Both the position numbers and the translations under genes were made by a program. Below are positions 58,659-64,000 of a DNA stretch of 64,000 nt, one piece after another; within the stretch, counting starts at the first letter, position 1, and each line of letters begins with the position of its first letter. This DNA is from Calditrichia bacterium (GTDB lineage: Bacteria; Calditrichota; Calditrichia; RBG-13-44-9; J075). The notes beneath the pieces are model-generated. The model searched no databases and was not told the origin of the DNA. It saw only the letters and a list, made by a program, of their open reading frames with translations. Location: the NCBI GenBank assembly GCA_050633245.1, contig JBOEGD010000009.1, forward strand, positions 1 to 64,000, read 5' to 3'.

Positions 58659-59969
58659 TTAGTTGTTAACAATAATGGCAGCGCTAAGATCAGCCAAGGC
58701 ACCATTTGCAAACACAGTGTAGATTTTTCCTTCGTCCAAAACGATACCCGGAAGATTCAAAGCAACCGTTGATGTTCCGGCTACACGAGCCTGCAGGTCA
58801 AACGTTCCGGCAGCAAGCGGTGTAAAGTCAGTGGACGTTTTGAAGGCGCGATCGCCAAAGACAACTGTTCCGTCGGTCAGTGTAATATCAACATTCGGAG
58901 CGTCCGGAGACAAGTGCACAAAGCGCACGTGTGCGTTACCGGCGGCCGGAGCAGTCAGATCGTCTGCCAGAAGAACCGGCTCGATGCTGGATACAAAGTT
59001 TGCAGCAAATACGGTGTAGTTTGCGCTACGATCCAAATTCGGTGTCACGTCTATTACCGTAGTCGGCGTTCCACTTACATTCACCTTGAAGTTGCGATCA
59101 CCAGCGTTAACCGGCAGGTAACCAGTGTTGTTCGGGAAGGTCAGTGCTGCACCATTTACAACATTGGCATCAACCAGCAGATCAACGCCCGGTGCATCCG
59201 GTGAACCGTGGACTACTAATACATTCGACGTTGAGTTTACCAGATCGACAGCAACGTTGCCGTCACCATTGTCTACGAAGACACGTACGGAAAAAGGACT
59301 GTTGTCGGTTTCGTCCAGCGTTCCGTGAGCTACAACGGTGTAGACGTTTCCGGCGGCAACAGCAATCGGGTCATACAAGCGCACTTCAGCTGTTGCTCCT
59401 GCAGGCGTGATCGCAAATGAATAATCGGCGGCATCTACTGCGACATAGTCTGTAATACCTTTGAAAGGCGCACCTGCAAATACAGCAGCACCGGCACCAT
59501 CATTCAGCTTAATATCAACTGCCGGGGCATCCGGAGAAGCGTGAATGGCGCGAACTTTTGCCTGAGTAGATGAAGGCGTGCGATCATCGGTATCGAGAAT
59601 CGCGGTAATCGAACCATCTGCGAGCGAACCAACTGCAAGGATAGTATAGGACTCATTCTCAGCGAAGGTTAAATCTGCATCGATAACGGCTGGTGAGGTC
59701 GTGCCCGCAGCAACTACTTTAATATTGTAGGTTCCGGCATCAATTTCTGCATAACCGGATGTTTCGGTATAAGCCAATCCAGCAATACCGCTTGCGGCGT
59801 TATTAATAAGAATGTCAACAGCAGGCGCATCATAGCTGGCATGAATTACGCGAATAGATGTTTTTGGCGTCTCGCCACTTACAGGATCAGAATCATCACT
59901 ACATGAGGCAAGAAACAGCATGGAAATAATTAGGGAAGAAATCAGGGTTAAAAATCTTAAGTTACGCAT
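58659..59969 (-). CDS. DUF4397 repeat lipoprotein (four HxS[P/Y]DAP units)
   Basis: Lipobox LASC; IRVIHASYDAPAVD, VRAIHASPDAPAVD, VLVVHGSPDAPGVD, VRFVHLSPDAPNVD. Confidence 0.88.
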   Translation of the reverse strand: MRNLRFLTLISSLIISMLFLASCSDDSDPVSGETPKTSIRVIHASYDAPAVDILINNAASGIAGLAYTETSGYAEIDAGTYNIKVVAAGTTSPAVIDADLTFAENESYTILAVGSLADGSITAILDTDDRTPSSTQAKVRAIHASPDAPAVDIKLNDGAGAAVFAGAPFKGITDYVAVDAADYSFAITPAGATAEVRLYDPIAVAAGNVYTVVAHGTLDETDNSPFSVRVFVDNGDGNVAVDLVNSTSNVLVVHGSPDAPGVDLLVDANVVNGAALTFPNNTGYLPVNAGDRNFKVNVSGTPTTVIDVTPNLDRSANYTVFAANFVSSIEPVLLADDLTAPAAGNAHVRFVHLSPDAPNVDITLTDGTVVFGDRAFKTSTDFTPLAAGTFDLQARVAGTSTVALNLPGIVLDEGKIYTVFANGALADLSAAIIVNN

Positions 59970-60034
59970 CAAATTCTCCAATGTAATTTAGTTATTTGGT
60001 CTTTTAAGTTCAATTTGTTCTACCTGCCTATAAG

Positions 60035-60049
60035 ACAAACCATGTGCCA
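60035..60049 (-). promoter_or_regulatory. Sigma54 (-24/-12) promoter of the DUF4397 gene
   Basis: TGGCAC-ATGGT-TTGT on the minus strand, about 65 nt upstream of the ATG. Confidence 0.6.
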
Positions 60050-60174
60050 AAAACGCTCAATTCGCTCAAAATCAAATTGAATCGAATTTTTTGAGTGCTG
60101 TTTTTATTGAACTTATAGCCGGTGGTTTTTATTCTTAAGCGTTCATGTATCGTTTGCAGGCTGGTCGACGGAGC

Positions 60175-60216
60175 CGCAATTTTGCAAATAATGCTTGGGC
60201 CCTTGCAAAATTTGCA
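60175..60216. promoter_or_regulatory. Tandem palindromic sites, candidate enhancer-binding-protein UAS
   Basis: cGCAAttTTGCaa and tTGCAAaatTTGCA, about 125-165 bp upstream of the sigma54 motif. Confidence 0.45.
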
Positions 60217-60240
60217 TGGTTAGAGTCGTGGATAAAGATA

Positions 60241-60269
60241 TTGCCCGAAGGTTGGGCTTTATGTATGTT
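60241..60269 (+). promoter_or_regulatory. Possible sigma70 promoter of the polysaccharide operon
   Basis: TTGCCC-17 bp-TATGTT. Confidence 0.35.
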
Positions 60270-60320
60270 ATGGCGGGCATTGGGAGGACTTTAAACGCTA
60301 GAGGCTAGAAGCAGGTCGTG

Positions 60321-60398
60321 AGAAAGGCAGAAAGGCAGAAAGGCAGAAAGGCAGAAAGGCAGAAAGGCAGAAAGGCAGAAAGGCAGAAAGGCAGAAAG
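60321..60398. repeat. Octamer tandem array (AGAAAGGC)x9 plus partial unit
   Basis: Nine perfect units 60321-60392 plus agaaag. Confidence 0.95.
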
Positions 60399-60406
60399 CA
60401 GTATAT

Positions 60407-60473
60407 TCCTTGTCTCCTTGTCTCCTTGTCTCCTTGTCTCCTTGTCTCCTTGTCTCCTTGTCTCCTTGTCTCC
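60407..60473. repeat. Octamer tandem array (TCCTTGTC)x8 plus partial unit
   Basis: Eight perfect units 60407-60470 plus tcc. Confidence 0.95.
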
Positions 60474-60538
60474 CACTCGTTTTTCTGTGTTCTGTAGTTA
60501 ACTAATAAATCATCAATCATCCTTTATCAATAGTTTCA

Positions 60539-61585
60539 ATGGACAATGATCAATTGGCAATTGACAATCTAGAAAATCTTTATAGCGGTATCAGACCAGA
60601 CGTAAGCCACGTTTACGTTGTGCCGTCCATTCCCGCAGTGTCCAAACAGAATCCATATCTGCAGTTATTCTATAAGCCAATTGAGAATTCTACGACAGTC
60701 CGGCTAAGCAGCACGTCTCGCCTCTCCCCTGCTATTCTCTGGAAACGTTTTCGTGGAGAGAAGAATATCGTGCACCATCACTGGTTCGAGTGCCATCACC
60801 TGCCTTCTCTATTAAACATGATATATAAGGTTGTCTTACTCAGCTGCTACAGACTGCTTGGCGGCAAGCTGGTTTGGACGGTTCACAATGTATCGCCGCA
60901 TCATAAGCGCTATCGCATTGCAAACCGCTTGCTAAGACGCGTATTCTCCCGACTGGCCAATAAGCTGCATGTTCATTGTGCATCAGCCGTCGGTATCGTC
61001 GCCGCGCATTTTGCTGTTTCACCGGAAATGTTCTCCGTTATTCCGCATCCGCTTTATCCAGTGCGCAAGATCGAGCAGCAAGAAGCCAGGCGTCAGCTTA
61101 TAAAACGCTTTCCGCAGCTGAGAGGACGTTCCAGGCCGATAGTCCTTATGCAGGGCTATCTGGCGGCATATAAGGGGGTTTTGCAGGCACTGGCGCTGCT
61201 GCAAAAAGAGCAGATTGACTTGACACTAATTGTTGCTGGTCCGGCAAAGCGTTATGAAACGCAGTACGTTAACTCGATTCGCACATTATCCGATCAGGAT
61301 GAGCGAATTATTTTGTTGGAAGGCTTTCTGGAACAAGCTGACCTCGATCTGCTGTTTAACAGCGTTGACTATGTGCTGTTAAACTATCAGCGCATTCTGC
61401 ACTCCGGCGGAGCTGTGCTGGCAGAATCGTATGGAAAGCAGATCATTGCGCCGCGCATGGGCTGCCTGCAAGAACTGGACGAGAAGGCACATCAGTTATT
61501 TTCAAGCGAAGCAGAGCTAATGCAAATATTAAAAACGATTGCTTCACAGCCATCTGTCAGCGAGGCAAACAATAATGCTTCGTAG
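60539..61585 (+). CDS. GT-B (family 4-like) glycosyltransferase
   Basis: NPYLQL, VHHHWFE, VWTVHNVSPH, IPHPLY, GYLAAYKG, SGGAVLAESYGK. Confidence 0.85.
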   Translation: MDNDQLAIDNLENLYSGIRPDVSHVYVVPSIPAVSKQNPYLQLFYKPIENSTTVRLSSTSRLSPAILWKRFRGEKNIVHHHWFECHHLPSLLNMIYKVVLLSCYRLLGGKLVWTVHNVSPHHKRYRIANRLLRRVFSRLANKLHVHCASAVGIVAAHFAVSPEMFSVIPHPLYPVRKIEQQEARRQLIKRFPQLRGRSRPIVLMQGYLAAYKGVLQALALLQKEQIDLTLIVAGPAKRYETQYVNSIRTLSDQDERIILLEGFLEQADLDLLFNSVDYVLLNYQRILHSGGAVLAESYGKQIIAPRMGCLQELDEKAHQLFSSEAELMQILKTIASQPSVSEANNNAS

Positions 61586-62972
61586 CAAGCACTCAAAAAA
61601 CGCGATTTTTCTGTTTAGCGGAGACATTGCCGCACGCGCCGTCGGCTTCCTGATCACCGTATACCTGGCACGCATTCTCGGCAAGGCAGACTTTGGCGCG
61701 ATGAATATCGGCCTGACTCTGCTAACATACGCCTTGCTCTTCAGTAACTGTGGTTTAAACATATTTGGCACCCGCGAGTTATCCGCAACCGATGATCCGA
61801 ACAGTCCATTTGCCACTCGCCTCTTGCTAACGCGTCTTGGGCTCTCCCTGTTCTTTTTTATTGGACTCTATTTAGCTATTCCATATTCAGGCCTATCAGA
61901 TGAACTCATTCCACTGTTACGACTTTATCTGTTCTATTTATTTCCAGCAGCTATTTGGCTGGACTGGTTTTTTCAGGCGCGGCAGCAGATGGGTAGCATT
62001 ATGCTCGGTCGGCTGGCTGGCATGCTGGTTTATCTAACGCTGGTTTTGCTGCTGGTGCATAGCAGTGCAGACTTATTAAACACCGCTATAGCCTATGTTA
62101 GTGGTGGCGTAATGGCGAGTGTTTTTTTTCTGGCAGCCTACTATAAACTTGGTTATCGCTTTCACTGGCCAAAGGAAGGGTTACAGCCCGTCACTATGCT
62201 GCGAAACAGCTTTGTGCTGGGAATTGCCACGTTGGCGTCTCAGCTGGTGCTGCAGTTTCCAGTGCTGTATCTTGGCTGGACCGCCACACTGGAGGAAGTC
62301 GGGTTGTTTAGCGCGGCCTTCAAGCTGCTGGTGATGCTACTGATATTTGATCGCGTCTTCTACACTATCTTTTTCCCGGCAGTGAGTAAGCAAGCGGCAA
62401 ATGCACCGGAGAAACTTGCCGAAACGCTAAATCGCTTGTTGCGGCTGGCAGCCGTGTTTTCGGTCTCTGCCGGTTTTACAGCTATTGTTTTGGCCGAACC
62501 GCTTATCGGACTGATTTTCGGCGGCCCCTATCTGGAGGCCGTTCCGCTATTTCAGTTCCTTACTGGCTATTTCGTTTTAACCATGATGAACTCTGTTGTT
62601 GGTTACACGCTGCTGGCTCTTAAGCGGGAAAAACAGTATACGCGAGCGTTTGTTATTGCCATGACGCTCTTTTTTCTGCTGCTTTTGCTCTGGCCCGGTA
62701 AAATATCTGCCCACGCGGTTGCCGCCTCATTAATGTTCTATCAGCTGCTGGCACTGTTTCTAATGACGCTGGATTTGCGCAAGCTGGTGGCAGTTCCGTG
62801 GCTTCGCGGCATTGTTTTACCGGTTGCGGCTCTGCTTGCTTGTCTTGCCGTTTACACGTATGTTGACGGTATAATGCAGTGGCTGTTGCTGCCGATAGCC
62901 ATTGCAGTCTTTATTACAGCAGGGGGCATTGATCGCGAAGACATGGATTATGTAAAAAGGACACTCGGTTGA
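61575..62972 (+). CDS. Wzx-type oligosaccharide flippase
   Basis: NAIFLFSG...YLARILGKADFG, WLDWFFQA, EVGLFSAAFKL, FFPAVS; multi-TM. Confidence 0.85.
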   Translation: MLRSKHSKNAIFLFSGDIAARAVGFLITVYLARILGKADFGAMNIGLTLLTYALLFSNCGLNIFGTRELSATDDPNSPFATRLLLTRLGLSLFFFIGLYLAIPYSGLSDELIPLLRLYLFYLFPAAIWLDWFFQARQQMGSIMLGRLAGMLVYLTLVLLLVHSSADLLNTAIAYVSGGVMASVFFLAAYYKLGYRFHWPKEGLQPVTMLRNSFVLGIATLASQLVLQFPVLYLGWTATLEEVGLFSAAFKLLVMLLIFDRVFYTIFFPAVSKQAANAPEKLAETLNRLLRLAAVFSVSAGFTAIVLAEPLIGLIFGGPYLEAVPLFQFLTGYFVLTMMNSVVGYTLLALKREKQYTRAFVIAMTLFFLLLLLWPGKISAHAVAASLMFYQLLALFLMTLDLRKLVAVPWLRGIVLPVAALLACLAVYTYVDGIMQWLLLPIAIAVFITAGGIDREDMDYVKRTLG

Positions 62973-64000
62973 AGCTTGTGCAAGAAAGAATAGATATCCG
63001 TAGAAGAGACTGGTATCAAATGCTAGGCATCCCTTTTGAAATCATGTCTAACCAGACAGCTTGTCGTGGAGATTATAGAGCCCGCCGCTTTGAAGACAAG
63101 CTGGATGCACAGGCTGTATTTAGTCCAATTAATACACGCGCAAAACGCATTCGTTTTGCCAATGCCGGAGGGTCGTATTTTCCTACTGAACGAGCGGCAA
63201 TTGATGCCATTGGAGTAAGGCAGCAGACTGCATTAATGACTGCATTACTTTTAGCCAAACTTTTAGGTTCGGATAAGGAGGCCCCCTTTGTTCACCTTTG
63301 GCACTTACCTGCAACAACAGACCGCCTTTTTGGCTTTCGCATTGATACAGATTTTGCCAGCGATCAGGAGATCAACGATCTTTATCAGCTTTGTCGCAAA
63401 TACGACATTCCCGCCACCTGGTTTGTAGAGGTAAAGTCGCGTAAAAACAATCTCGGCATTTTTAAGAACATGGAAGGTCAGGAAATTGCCTACCACTGCT
63501 TCCGTCATAAGCTGCTGCACAGCCGCAGCGATATGAGCCGTGATATGCTCGAAGGACTGCGCTATATGAAGCTGGCCGGATTAAAACCACGCGGCTACGC
63601 GGCTCCCTATGGCGAATGGCGACCATTTCTCTCCGAATTATTGCGAGACTATGGCTTTGAGTATTCTTCGGAATTTGGCCTCGCTTACGACGCAATGCCA
63701 TTTTATCCACCGGGTGAAGATATTCAGTCCCTGCCACCACAGATTCCGATTCACCCCATTAGCGTCAATCGCCTGAAACATGCACATCATTCGCCTTCGC
63801 AAATGACCGCTTACTACCTAAATGTACTCTATCATAACGGAAGAAGAAACATTCCGACCTTCCTGTACCATCATCCCGGTCAGGGACACCTGCAGGTTTG
63901 GGAAGCCATTTTCCGCAACGTGCGGGAAAAGAATATTCCAGTGATGTCGATGGGTGATTATGCAACCTGGTGGAAGCGACGCAGTGAGCTCATGTGGTCT
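62969..64000 (+). CDS. Polysaccharide deacetylase (CE4/NodB-like), runs off the window end; missing from the ORF track
   Basis: Open frame from TTG 62969 (overlapping the flippase TGA; alternative ATG 63020) to the edge: FGFRIDTD, PATWF, EIAYHCFRH, GYAAPYG, FEYSSEF, LYHHP. Confidence 0.8.
   Translation, partial: MKLVQERIDIRRRDWYQMLGIPFEIMSNQTACRGDYRARRFEDKLDAQAVFSPINTRAKRIRFANAGGSYFPTERAAIDAIGVRQQTALMTALLLAKLLGSDKEAPFVHLWHLPATTDRLFGFRIDTDFASDQEINDLYQLCRKYDIPATWFVEVKSRKNNLGIFKNMEGQEIAYHCFRHKLLHSRSDMSRDMLEGLRYMKLAGLKPRGYAAPYGEWRPFLSELLRDYGFEYSSEFGLAYDAMPFYPPGEDIQSLPPQIPIHPISVNRLKHAHHSPSQMTAYYLNVLYHNGRRNIPTFLYHHPGQGHLQVWEAIFRNVREKNIPVMSMGDYATWWKRRSELMWS

Noticed and set aside
60321-60473. Possible CRISPR array, or the 61/71-aa minus-strand ORFs over the octamer repeats
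   Set aside because: The units are contiguous 8-mers with no spacers and no cas genes nearby; the ORFs (RRQGDKET, SAFLPFCL repeats) are just translations of the repeat.

Overview
A 64-kb stretch of gene-dense bacterial chromosome. The FlgD/T9SS-type C-terminal domains, bshA, Omp28/DUF6029 cluster and rny-ymdB point to the FCB superphylum, plausibly Calditrichota/KSB1-like (inference). Core content: glcDEF, pyrE, an MscS channel, a hybrid sensor kinase, rlmD/TrmH, bshA, hisS, and the block tRNA-Val-thrS-infC(ATC start)-rpmI-rplT-pheS-pheT-zapB-like-zapA-6S RNA-rny-ymdB-folD. A polysaccharide locus begins at the right edge. I saw no prophage, CRISPR array, integrase or transposase. The most unusual elements are: (1) a three-gene module made of degenerate signalling domains (two pseudo-receiver+DUF4388/PATAN proteins and two MglA/CvnD-like pseudo-GTPase domains); (2) a 1945-aa signal-peptide-bearing, phage-fibre-like repeat protein with an S74 autochaperone, paired with a putative surface anchor; (3) a formiminotransferase homologue lacking its catalytic His, in an operon with bshA and a diguanylate cyclase; (4) RNase Y with Asn at a conserved HD-domain Asp; (5) intergenic structure, including two related MITE/REPIN-like elements, heptamer repeats at gene ends, two quasi-complementary octamer arrays, two candidate small RNAs and a sigma54 promoter with tandem upstream sites. 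All assignments come from reading motifs by eye; no database searches were run.
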